64,000 nt of DNA, from positions 18,600,001-18,664,000 of the forward strand of contig NW_024704754.1 of assembly GCF_018977255.1 (NCBI RefSeq), read 5' to 3'. The stretch comes from Callorhinchus milii (lineage: Eukaryota). The notes below the pieces were generated by a model. It saw only the letters and a list, made by a program, of their open reading frames with translations, was not told the origin of the DNA and ran no database searches. Shown in pieces: positions 24,467 through 34,688 of the stretch. Made by a program: the position numbers and the translations under genes. Positions within the stretch are counted from its first letter, which is position 1; each line of letters begins with the position of its first letter.

Positions 24467-26872
24467 TTATTGTTTAAATTCGTGCCTGGCAGTTGTATTA
24501 TTAACACTGACTTCACTGTATGGCAACGTGGCAGTGTAGGGTTTGAGGTATAGAAATTCGCTCTTGGATGACTCTGGAGATAAGCAAATGCTGTAATGGT
24601 AAGGTCCAGCTCCAACCCCAGAATAATTTACAGCTTGACGTGATGCAGCCCTTCGATTAATGTTATCCTCAGAAATTCCCTGACCCAAACAACAACCAAC
24701 TGTGGAGCTGTATCCTTCTGTAAAACTTCTATCTTGTTTACACTTGATGGCGACCAGCAGAATTATAGTGACAAGAAATATAAGGGAAGTTGATCCTAAA
24801 CCGACGATAGCATAAAGATTTAGATTCGATAAATATTCCCGATTGTTGGATCGGTCACTTGGTTCAGGCAAAATATCAGTGACATTGGATAGCAGTGAGA
24901 AGAGGAGAGTGGCCGTGCTGGACAGGCTGGGCTGCCCATTGTCCTTCAACAAAATGACCAGACTCTGTGTGGTGGCGTCTTCCTCCAACAATCTTCGCAG
25001 TGTTCTGATCTCTCCAGTGAGCAGCCCCACACTGAACAGACTTGGATCAGTGGCGTCCATCAGCTGATAGGAAAGCCGTGCGTTCTGACCAGAATCTGCA
25101 TCAGTACCCAACACCTTAGTGACTAAATAACCTGGGTATGTTGACCGTAGTGGTATCTCCACTGCTGTGGAGTTGTTCCATGTTACAGGTGAAACAATGA
25201 ATGGCGCATTGTCATTTTGATCCAGGATTATAACATTCACGAGGGCAACACTGGTCAATGGGGGAAACCCACCATCCTGAGCTTGAACTTTGATCTGGAA
25301 ATGCTTCAGTTGTTCATAGTCAAAGGAGCGCAGTGCGTAAATATTTCCGCTCTTGGAGCTGATACTGATGTAAGCGGTGGCAGACACGTCTTGGATCTGG
25401 TTCTCCACAACTGAATAGGAGATTTCCCCGTTCTGGTCCACATCCGGATCTAAAGCGGTCACTGCAAATATGGAGGCCCCGGGAGTGTTGTTCTCCATCA
25501 GGTAAACGTTATAGGAAGATTGCGTGAACTCTGGAGCGTTGTCATTCACATCAGAAAGTGACACTAATATAGTTCTGTTGGCAGACAGCGGTGGCGTTCC
25601 TCCGTCCCAGGCGAGAATGGAGATGTTATACGATGATTCTTTCTCTCGATCCAGTGCCTCACGCACAACCAACTTGTATTGGTTGTTGGGAGACTTTTCA
25701 AGTCGAAATGGGATATTCATAGGAACCTTGCAGTGAACTTGTCCGTTTTGAACAGAATCTCGATCCGATACACTTATTAAAGCCACCACAGTTCCAGGTA
25801 CAGAATTTTCTGGGACTACACGTGATATAGAACTCAGTTTTATCTCAGGAGCGTTATCATTCATGTCAATTAGTTTGACTACAACTTTGGCATGGCCCAT
25901 CATTGGTAATGCACCATTGTCTGTCGCTTGTACATAGAGTTCAAAAACAGTTGATTCCTCAAAATCGAGAACTCCTTGAACTTTTATCTCACCATTTTCC
26001 GAATCCAACACGAAAATCTCGCGCCCCCTTTCGGAAGAATGACTGGAAAAGCTATATTTTATCTCAGCATTTGTGCCGGTGTCCAAATCAGCAGCGTTTA
26101 TTTTTGTCACTGAGGTCCCCTTCGGTGCATTTTCTGATACACTTGCCCTGTATATGTCATGGTCGAAGATAGGTGCATTATCATTGGCATCCAGCACAGT
26201 GACACTGATCTCAGCTGTGCCAGACCTGTGCGGGTTGCCACCATCAATGGCCGTCAGGACAAGCTGAAACATTGACTCCTTTTCCCGATCCAAAGCTTTT
26301 TCTAACAATAACTCCACAATTTTACCACCATCGCTTCTCGTCTGCACATTCAGGCCGAAATAATCGTTAGAACTGATCTGGTAAGTGCTGATTGTATTCA
26401 CGCCCACGTCAGAATCATGCGCGCTCTCGAGAGGGAAGCTCGCTCCTGGTGCAATCGATTCACCAATCTGTAAGTAAAATTCTTTTTTTGGAAATTTGGG
26501 GGAATTGTCATTAATATCCACAATCTCTACTTCAATTCGATGCATTTCCAACGGATTATCAACCGCTGCTTCAAAGGAAAGGGAACAGGTCGGGCTCTGT
26601 CCACACAGCTCTTCTCTGTCGATTCTTTCATTCACAAATAAAATCCCATTTTCAAAATTTACCTTCAGATACTGACCGCTGTCATCAGAGACCAGTCGGA
26701 ATTTGCGAGCCGATAATTTCTCAACGTTTAGTCCTAAATCTCTCACGATATTCCCAACAAAGGCGCCTTGCTCCAGTTCCTCGGGAATCGAGTAGTGAAT
26801 TTGCCCCGATACCAGGTCCGACACAAACAACAGCAAAATGAAAGCCGGCCCGCAGCTGAGCGCATTCGCCAT
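24467..26872 (-). CDS. Clustered protocadherin V8, intact (801 aa from MANALSCG)
   Basis: Full ORF; ATG 26872 has good Kozak context and precedes the signal peptide; the ORF extends 26 codons upstream to 26950. Confidence 0.96.
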   Translation of the reverse strand: MANALSCGPAFILLLFVSDLVSGQIHYSIPEELEQGAFVGNIVRDLGLNVEKLSARKFRLVSDDSGQYLKVNFENGILFVNERIDREELCGQSPTCSLSFEAAVDNPLEMHRIEVEIVDINDNSPKFPKKEFYLQIGESIAPGASFPLESAHDSDVGVNTISTYQISSNDYFGLNVQTRSDGGKIVELLLEKALDREKESMFQLVLTAIDGGNPHRSGTAEISVTVLDANDNAPIFDHDIYRASVSENAPKGTSVTKINAADLDTGTNAEIKYSFSSHSSERGREIFVLDSENGEIKVQGVLDFEESTVFELYVQATDNGALPMMGHAKVVVKLIDMNDNAPEIKLSSISRVVPENSVPGTVVALISVSDRDSVQNGQVHCKVPMNIPFRLEKSPNNQYKLVVREALDREKESSYNISILAWDGGTPPLSANRTILVSLSDVNDNAPEFTQSSYNVYLMENNTPGASIFAVTALDPDVDQNGEISYSVVENQIQDVSATAYISISSKSGNIYALRSFDYEQLKHFQIKVQAQDGGFPPLTSVALVNVIILDQNDNAPFIVSPVTWNNSTAVEIPLRSTYPGYLVTKVLGTDADSGQNARLSYQLMDATDPSLFSVGLLTGEIRTLRRLLEEDATTQSLVILLKDNGQPSLSSTATLLFSLLSNVTDILPEPSDRSNNREYLSNLNLYAIVGLGSTSLIFLVTIILLVAIKCKQDRSFTEGYSSTVGCCLGQGISEDNINRRAASRQAVNYSGVGAGPYHYSICLSPESSKSEFLYLKPYTATLPYSEVSVNNTTARHEFKQ

Positions 26873-27115
26873 TCTTCTGCGATGCGATTTTCTTTGTTCC
26901 CAACAGCGTTCGGCTTCTTCCTCAACTAGAAAATGAATGCTTTTACGCATTAAAATACAGACGTTAACGTGAAACCTTGAACTCCGCTAGATCTGCGTTT
27001 CTGAAGATGGCTCCGCGGCGCAAACGCAGGGACTGTTGTGGTGTTTCCGCTGCGATTCACTTCAGCCTTTTGTGGTGGGGGAGGGGGTAGATCGCCGCCA
27101 ACGTCTCGGTTCCTC

Positions 27116-27157
27116 ATTGGTACACAGCGACACGAAGAGTCCCAACCAATAACTACA
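27116..27157 (-). promoter_or_regulatory. V8 promoter CSE / double CCAAT
   Basis: ATTGG 27116, CCAAT 27146. Confidence 0.85.
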
Positions 27158-27366
27158 TTACACTCTTCTTAAAGCGAGACGTTAATTTATTATATCATAC
27201 AAACCTTTGTTTCTCTCATATACTATCAACATGTATGTTGTGGTTCACATTGCCATAATTACGTTGCAATGTAAGTATAAATTTAGCAACATAAGTTTAA
27301 CCAAAAAAGAAATTTCTCAGCATGGACATTAACACAATAGGTTAAGTTATCAACAGTTACTTGTAG

Positions 27367-27812
27367 TCATAGAATCGTAGAAATATACAGCACAGAAGGA
27401 GGTCATTCGACCCATCGTGGAGTCCTGTAGCTCAGTGGTTGAGCACTCGCTTTGCAAGTGAGAGACCTGAGTTCAATTCCAGGCAGAGGGCCAAACCTTG
27501 GGCAAGTTTCCTTACTCCACACAGAGCCTAATAATAATCCCTCCAAAACCCAAAACAATAATAAATTGGTCATTTTCAACCCACGACTGTTTGTGGGACA
27601 TTGCTGTGCGCAATTGGCTGCCGCGTTCTCCCACAAATATACTGTCAATTCACTTGTGTTCTGTGAAGCGCTTTGGGAAGTCCTCCTGACGTGAAAAGCG
27701 CTATATCAAATGCAAGGATTATTATTATTATTATTATCGTGTCTGTGCCGGCTCTTTTAAAGAGCTGTCTAAACCAATCGCACTTCCCCATAGCGCTGCG
27801 AACTTGTCCTCC
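27367..27812 (-). mobile_element. CR1-like LINE 3'-end fragment, split by the SINE
   Basis: tcatagaatcgtagaa...cagcacagaaggaggtcattcgacccatcgtg | tctgtgccggctctt...; matches the reverse complement of a CR1 3' UTR/(ATTCTATG) tail as I recall it; absent from paralogous spacers. Confidence 0.65.
27419..27735 (+). mobile_element. Full-length tRNA-derived SINE (Deu-like core, LINE2-like tail)
   Basis: tRNA(Ala)-like head with A box TAGCTCAGTGG and B box GAGTTCAATTCC; core tgtgggacattgctgtgcgcaattggctgccgcgtt; tail aagcgctttggga...aagcgctatatcaaatgcaagg(att)n; target-site duplication ATCGT(G) at 27414 and 27736. Confidence 0.9.
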
Positions 27813-28185
27813 CGTAAACAAGAGTCATTCATAGTCTTTAAAAAAAACTGCTGTGCACAGCTTTGTACATTTTCTGCCATGTCAGATATTCAACCGCGAA
27901 ATTACTGCATGCGAGCAAACTGATGCGTGTAAAATATTTCCCGACATCTCTCTTACAAAATAACATAATCGATATAGAATGGAAAACATTGAAAATCTCA
28001 AGCAATATCAGCTTACAATAAAAATGTATCGTACTCCTACGCACACTACGAATAATAGATTTTACCAGAACAAAAACAGGTATGAATATAGGCTGCTCTT
28101 TACGCATCCCCAAAACTTCTACGAAGATAACATGAATATGATTTTTGTTCAACACGAGTAAATAAGCGTCACTTCCGTAACACAA

Positions 28186-30591
28186 TTATTGTTTAAATTC
28201 GTGTCTGGCGGTTGTGTTTTTAACACTGACATCACTGTAGGGCAATGTGGCACTGTAGGGCTTCAGGTACAGAAATTCGCTCTTGGATGATTCTGGAGAC
28301 AAGCAAATGCTGTAATTGTAAGGTTGAGCTCCAACCCCAGAATAATTGACAGCTTGATGTGGCCCATACCCTCGATTAAACGTATCATCAGAAACGCCCT
28401 GACCCAAACAACAACAAACTGTGGAGATGTATCCTTCAGTGATATTTCTGCCTTGTTTGCACCTGATGCCAAGCAGCAGAATTATAGTGACAAGAAATAT
28501 GAAGGAAGTTGATCCTAAACCGACAATTAAATAAAGATTTAGATCCGAAAAATAAAAGCGATTTTTGGATCGTTCACTTGGTTCAGGCACAATATCAGTG
28601 ACATTGGATAGGAGAGAGAAGAGGAGAGTGGCCGTGCTGGACAGGCTGGGCTGCCCATTGTCCTTCACCAAAATGACCAGACTCTGTGTGGTGGCGTCTT
28701 CCTCCAACAATCTTCGCAGTGTTCTGATCTCTCCAGTGAGCAGCCCCACACTGAACAGACTGGGATCAGTGGCGTCCATCAGCTGATAGGAAAGCCGTGC
28801 GTTCTGACCAGAATCTGCATCAGTGCCCAACACCTTAGTGACTAAATAACCTGGGTATGTTGACCGTAGTGGTATCTCCACTGCTGTGGAGTTATTCCAT
28901 GTTATAGGTGAAACAATAAATGGCGCATTGTCATTTTGATCCAGGATTATAACATTCACGAGGGCAACACTGCTCAATGGGGGAAACCCACCATCCTGAG
29001 CTTGAACTTTGATCTGGAAATGCTTCAGTTGTTCATAGTCAAAGGAGCGCAGCGCGTAAATATTTCCGCTCTTAGAGCTGACACTGATGTAAGCGGTGGC
29101 AGACACGTCTTGGATCTGGTTCTCCACAACAGAATAGGAGATTTCCCCGTTCTGGTCCACATCCGGATCTAAAGCGGTCACTGCAAATATGGAGGCCCCA
29201 GGAGTGTTGTTCTCCATCAGGTAAACGTTATAGGAAGATTGCGTGAACTCTGGAGCGTTGTCATTTACATCAGAAACCGACACCAACATCGTTCTGTTTG
29301 CAGAAAGCGGTGGCGTTCCTCCGTCCCAGGCGAGAATGGAGATGTTGAACGATGATTGTTTCTCTCGATCCAATGCCTCACCTACAACCAACTTGTACTG
29401 TTTTTTTGGAGATTGTTGAAGTCTAAATGGGATGTTCACGGGGACTGTGCAGTGAACTTGTCCGTTTTTTCCAGAATCTCGATCTATTACGCTGATAACA
29501 GCCACCACAGTCCCGAGTTTAACATCCTCTGAAACTACACGTGACATTGAACGCAATTTTATCTCAGGAGCGTTATCATTTACATCAATTAGTTTCACAA
29601 TAACTTTAGCATGGCCCGCCATGGGAGTGGCTCCCTTGTCTGTAGCTTGTACATACAGTTCATAAATATTTGCCTCCTCAAAATCGAGAACACCTCGAAC
29701 TTTTATTTCACCGGTTTTCGAATCCAACTGGAAAAGCTCGCGCCCCCTATCGGAAGAATGGCTGGAAAAGCTATATTGTAATTCAGCGTTTGGACCTGCG
29801 TCCAAATCAGTAGCTTTGACTTGTGCCACTGAGGTGTCATCTGGTGTGTTTTCTGGAATACTACTTCTGTATACTTCATGCTGAAAGATAGGTGCATTAT
29901 CATTGTTGTCCAGTACAGTGATACTAATATCAGTTGTGCCAGATCGGTGGGGTTTTCCGCCATCGAGAGCCGTCAGGACCAGCTGAAGCGCTGACTGCTG
30001 TTCGCGATCCAAAGCTTTCTCTAACAGTAACTCCACAATTTTGCTACCATCGCTTCTCGTCTGCATCTTCAGGCCGAAATAATCATTAGAACTGATCTGA
30101 TAGGTACTGATTGTGTTCGCGCCCACGTCAGAATCATGCGCGCTCTCGAGAGGGAAGCTCGCTCCTGGTGTAATCCATTCACCAATCTGCAAAGCAAATT
30201 TGTCTTTCGGAAAATTCGGGGAATTATCATTAATATCCACGATTTCTACCTCAATAGGATGCACCTCCAAAGGATTGACAACCGCAGCTTCAAAGGAAAG
30301 GGAACAGGTCGGGCTCTGTCCACACAGCTCTTCTCTGTCGATTCTTTCATTCACAAATAAAATCCCATTCTCAAAATTTACCTTCAGATACTGACGGCTG
30401 TCATCAGAGACCAGTCGGAACTTGCGAGCCGATAATTTCTCAACGTTTAGTCCTAAATCTCTCACGATATTCCCAACAAAGGCGCCTTGCTCCAGTTCCT
30501 CGGGAATCGAGTAGTGAATTTGCCCCGATACCAGGTCCGACACAAACAACAGCAAAATGAAAGCCGGCCCGCAGCTGAGCGCATTCGCCAT
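28186..30591 (-). CDS. Clustered protocadherin V9, intact (801 aa from MANALSCG)
   Basis: Full ORF 28186..30669; paralog of V6-V12. Confidence 0.96.
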   Translation of the reverse strand: MANALSCGPAFILLLFVSDLVSGQIHYSIPEELEQGAFVGNIVRDLGLNVEKLSARKFRLVSDDSRQYLKVNFENGILFVNERIDREELCGQSPTCSLSFEAAVVNPLEVHPIEVEIVDINDNSPNFPKDKFALQIGEWITPGASFPLESAHDSDVGANTISTYQISSNDYFGLKMQTRSDGSKIVELLLEKALDREQQSALQLVLTALDGGKPHRSGTTDISITVLDNNDNAPIFQHEVYRSSIPENTPDDTSVAQVKATDLDAGPNAELQYSFSSHSSDRGRELFQLDSKTGEIKVRGVLDFEEANIYELYVQATDKGATPMAGHAKVIVKLIDVNDNAPEIKLRSMSRVVSEDVKLGTVVAVISVIDRDSGKNGQVHCTVPVNIPFRLQQSPKKQYKLVVGEALDREKQSSFNISILAWDGGTPPLSANRTMLVSVSDVNDNAPEFTQSSYNVYLMENNTPGASIFAVTALDPDVDQNGEISYSVVENQIQDVSATAYISVSSKSGNIYALRSFDYEQLKHFQIKVQAQDGGFPPLSSVALVNVIILDQNDNAPFIVSPITWNNSTAVEIPLRSTYPGYLVTKVLGTDADSGQNARLSYQLMDATDPSLFSVGLLTGEIRTLRRLLEEDATTQSLVILVKDNGQPSLSSTATLLFSLLSNVTDIVPEPSERSKNRFYFSDLNLYLIVGLGSTSFIFLVTIILLLGIRCKQGRNITEGYISTVCCCLGQGVSDDTFNRGYGPHQAVNYSGVGAQPYNYSICLSPESSKSEFLYLKPYSATLPYSDVSVKNTTARHEFKQ

Positions 30592-30834
30592 TCTTCTGCC
30601 TTGCGATTTTCTTTGTTCCCAACAGCGTTCGGCTTCTTCCTCAACTAGAAAATGAATGCTTTTACGCATTAAAATAAAGACGCTAACGTGAAACCCTCAG
30701 CTCCCCTAGATCTGCCTCCCTGAAGATGGCTCCGCGGCGCAAACGCAGGGACTGTTGTGGTGTTTCCGCTGCGATTCACTTCAGCCTTTTGTGGTGGGGG
30801 AGGGGGTAGATCGCCGCCAACGTCTCGGCTCCTC

Positions 30835-30876
30835 ATTGGTACACAGCGACACGAAGAGTCCCAACCAATAACTACA
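30835..30876 (-). promoter_or_regulatory. V9 promoter CSE / double CCAAT
   Basis: ATTGG 30835, CCAAT 30865. Confidence 0.85.
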
Positions 30877-31436
30877 TTACACTTTTCTTAAAGGCAGACT
30901 GAAATTTATTCTATCATCGAAACGTTATTTTTCTCATGTACTGTCGAAATTTGTGGTGTAACACAGATGACCCCAATTAGTTAACAATGTAAACCTCACT
31001 TAATAACATACACTTAGCCAAAGAAGACATTTATGAGCATTGACATTGACAAAGCATATGTGAAGTTATCAATTATTTGTCACTATTAGTCGTTGATATT
31101 CCTGAAATAATCTGCTGTCGACTACTTAATGTGTTCTATCCCATGTCAGATATTCAACTTGGAAATAATAGCATGCAAGTAAACTGCTGCTTTCACAGTA
31201 TTTCCGAACATCTCTCAGATATTAACACAGTCCACACAGAACAGAAACATTGAAAATGTCAAGTAAAATATGTTTAGAGCGATATTTGCCGCAGTCGTAC
31301 GTTCAGTAGGTACAACGGAGATTTCACTACCACAAAAACAGGTATGAGTATCAAATTGGTCTATACGCACGCCCAAAACTTATACCAAGGTACCATGAAT
31401 AAGTTTTTTGTTTAACAGGAATAATTACGCGCCACT

Positions 31437-33842
31437 TCAATGTTTAAATTCGTGTCTGGCGGTTGTGTTGTTAACACTGACTTCACTATAGGGCAAAGTG
31501 GCAGTGTAGGGCTTGAGGTACAGGAATTCGCTCTTGGATGATTCTGGAGATAAGCAAATGCTGTAATGATAGGGATCGGCTCCAACTCCAGAATAAGTTA
31601 CAGCTTGATGTGGTGCAGGTCTTCGATTAAAATTATCCTCTGAAATCCCCTGATCCAGACAACAACAACGTGCGGAGCTGTATCCATCAGTGATATTTCT
31701 ATCTTGTTTACACTTGATGGCAACCAGCAGAATTATAGTGACAAGAAATATAAAGGAAGTTGATCCTAAACCGACAATTAAATAAAGATTTAGATCCGAA
31801 AAATATTCCAGATTGTTGAATCGCTCATTTGGTTCAGGAGCAATATCAGTGACATTGGATAGGAGAGAGAAGAGGAGAGTGGCCGTGCTGGACAGGCTGG
31901 GCTGTCCATTGTCCTTCACCAAAATGACCAGACTCTGTGTGGTGGCGTCTTCCTCCAACAATCTTCGCAGTGTTCTGATCTCTCCAGTGAGCAGCCCCAC
32001 ACTGAACAGATTGGGATCAGTGGCGTCCATCAGCTGATAGGAAAGCCGTGCGTTCTGACCAGAATCTGCATCAGTGCCCAACACCTTAGTGACTAAATAA
32101 CCTGGGTATGTTGACCGCAGTGGTATCTCCACTGCTGTGGAGTTTTTCCTAGTTACAGGTGAAACAATAAATGGCGCATTGTCGTTTTGATCCAGGATTA
32201 TAACATTCACGAGGGCAACACTGCTGAATGGGGGAAACCCACCATCCTGAGCTTGAACTTTGATCTGGAAATGCTTTAGTTGTTCATAGTCAAAGGAGCG
32301 CAGCGCGTAAATATTTCCGCTCTTGGAGCTGACACTGATGTAAGCGGTGGCAGACACGTCTTGGATCTGGTTCTCCACAACAGAATAGGAGATTTCCCCG
32401 TTCTGGTCCACATCCGGATCTAAAGCGGTCACTGCAAATATGGAGGCCCCGGGAGTGTTGTTCTCCATCAGGTAAACGTTATAGGAAGATTGCGTGAACT
32501 CTGGAGCGTTGTCATTCACATCAGAAACCGACAGCGACATAGTTCTGTTTGCAGAAAGCGGTGGCGTTCCTCCGTCCCAGGCGAGAATGGAGATGTTATA
32601 CGAGGATTCTTTCTCTCGATCCAATACTTCACGCGCAATCAACTTGTACTGGTTGTTGGGAGACTTTTGAAGACTAAACGGGATGTTCATAGGAACCGTG
32701 CAGTGAACTTCTCCGTTTACTCCAGAATCTCGATCAGTTATACTAATGACAGCCACCACAGTCCCAGGTGTAACATCCTCTGGGACGACACGTGATATCG
32801 AACGCAATTTTATCTCAGGAGCGTTATCATTCACATCAATTATTTTGACAATAACTTTAGCATGGCCCGCCATGGGAATGGTTCCCTTGTCTGTAGCTTG
32901 TACGTAAAGCTCATAAACATTCGCCTCCTCAAAATCGAGAAGTCCATCAACCTTTATCTCACCACTTTTAGAATCCATCTTGAAAATCTCGCGCCCCCTT
33001 TCCGAAGAATAACTGGAAAAGGTATATTTTACCTCAGCATTTATACCTGCGTCTAAATCGACAGCGTTGATTTTTGTCACTAATCTCCCCTTCGATGCAT
33101 TTTCTGGTACACTTGCCCTGTATATATCGTGATCGAAAACAGGGGCGTTGTCATTAATGTCTGCAACAGTGATACTTATCTCGGCTGTGCCAGATCGGTG
33201 GGGATATCCCCCGTCAATAGCCGTCAGGACAAGCTTAAACTCTGATTCATCTTCGCGATCCAAAACCTTCTCCAACAACAACTCGGCATGTTTACTTCCA
33301 TCGCTTCTCGTCTGAACACTCAGCCCGAAATAATCGTTAGAACTGATCTCGTAAGTGTTGATTGCGTTCACGCCCACGTCCAAATCATGCGCGCTCTCGA
33401 GAGGGAAGCTCGCCCCTGGTGTAATCCATTCACCAATCTGCAAGGCAATTCTTTCTTTCGGAAAATTCGGGGAATTATCATTAATATCCACGATCTCTAC
33501 CTCAATAGGATGCACCTCTAAAGGATTGTCAACCGCTGCTTCAAAGGAAAGGGAACAGGTCGGGCTCTGTCCACACAGCTCTTCTCTGTCGATTCTTTCA
33601 TTCACAAATAAAATCCCATTTTCAACATTTACCTTCAGATACTGACGGCTGTCATCAGAGACCAGCCGGAACTTGCGAGCCGATAATTTCTCAACGTTTA
33701 ATCCTAAATCTCTCACGATATTCCCAACAAAGGCGCCTTGCTCCAGTTCCTCGGGAATCGAGTAGTGAATTTGCCCCGATACCAGGTCCGACACAAACAA
33801 CAGCAAAATGAAAGCCGGCCCGCAGCTGAGCGCATTCGCCAT
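31437..33842 (-). CDS. Clustered protocadherin V10, intact (801 aa from MANALSCG)
   Basis: Full ORF 31437..33920; paralog of V6-V12. Confidence 0.96.
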   Translation of the reverse strand: MANALSCGPAFILLLFVSDLVSGQIHYSIPEELEQGAFVGNIVRDLGLNVEKLSARKFRLVSDDSRQYLKVNVENGILFVNERIDREELCGQSPTCSLSFEAAVDNPLEVHPIEVEIVDINDNSPNFPKERIALQIGEWITPGASFPLESAHDLDVGVNAINTYEISSNDYFGLSVQTRSDGSKHAELLLEKVLDREDESEFKLVLTAIDGGYPHRSGTAEISITVADINDNAPVFDHDIYRASVPENASKGRLVTKINAVDLDAGINAEVKYTFSSYSSERGREIFKMDSKSGEIKVDGLLDFEEANVYELYVQATDKGTIPMAGHAKVIVKIIDVNDNAPEIKLRSISRVVPEDVTPGTVVAVISITDRDSGVNGEVHCTVPMNIPFSLQKSPNNQYKLIAREVLDREKESSYNISILAWDGGTPPLSANRTMSLSVSDVNDNAPEFTQSSYNVYLMENNTPGASIFAVTALDPDVDQNGEISYSVVENQIQDVSATAYISVSSKSGNIYALRSFDYEQLKHFQIKVQAQDGGFPPFSSVALVNVIILDQNDNAPFIVSPVTRKNSTAVEIPLRSTYPGYLVTKVLGTDADSGQNARLSYQLMDATDPNLFSVGLLTGEIRTLRRLLEEDATTQSLVILVKDNGQPSLSSTATLLFSLLSNVTDIAPEPNERFNNLEYFSDLNLYLIVGLGSTSFIFLVTIILLVAIKCKQDRNITDGYSSARCCCLDQGISEDNFNRRPAPHQAVTYSGVGADPYHYSICLSPESSKSEFLYLKPYTATLPYSEVSVNNTTARHEFKH

Positions 33843-34086
33843 TCCTCTGCGTTGCGATTTTCTTTGTTTCCAACAGCGTTCGGCTTCTTCCTCTACTAGA
33901 AAATGTATGTTTTTACGCACTAAATTACAGACGTTAACGTGAAACCTTGAACTCCGCTAAGATCCGCTTTTCTGAAGATGGCTCCGCGGCGCAAACGCAG
34001 GGACTGTTGTGGTGTTTCCGCTGCGATTCACTTCAGCCTTTTGTGGTGGGGGAGGGGGTAGATCGCCGCCAACGTCTCGGGTCCTC

Positions 34087-34128
34087 ATTGGTACACAGCG
34101 ACACGAAGAGTCCCAACCAATAACTACA
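34087..34128 (-). promoter_or_regulatory. V10 promoter CSE / double CCAAT
   Basis: ATTGG 34087, CCAAT 34117. Confidence 0.85.
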
Positions 34129-34688
34129 TTACACTTTTCTTAAAGGCAGACGGAAATTTATTCTATCATCGAAACGTTGTTTTTCTCATGTACTGTCGAA
34201 ATTTATGGTGTAACACAGATGACCCCAATTAGTTAACAATGTAAACCTCACTTAATAACAAACATTTAGCCAAATGAGACATTTATGAGTATTGACACTG
34301 ACACAGCATATGTGAAGTTATCAACTATTTGTCACTATTAATCATTGATATTGCTGGAAAATCTGCTGTCGACTACTTAATGTGTTTTATCCCATGTCAG
34401 ATATTCAACTTTGAAATAATGGCATCCAAGTAAACTGTTGCTTTCACAATATTTCCACACATCACTCAGATATCAATGCGGCCCACATAGAAGAGGAAAG
34501 ATTGAAAATGTCAAGTAATATATGTTTAGAATCATATTTACCGCTGTCGTACATAGAGTAGGCACAACAGAGATTCAACTACTACAAAAACAGGTATGAT
34601 TATCAAGTTGGTCTATACGCACGCCCAAATTGCATACCAACTTACCATGAATATGTTTTTTGTTTAACAGGAATAAATACGCGCCCCT

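Noticed and set aside
27419-27490. tRNA-Ala(TGC)-like sequence
   Set aside because: It is the head of a SINE: no proper acceptor stem, and it continues into a Deu core and LINE-like tail with a target-site duplication.
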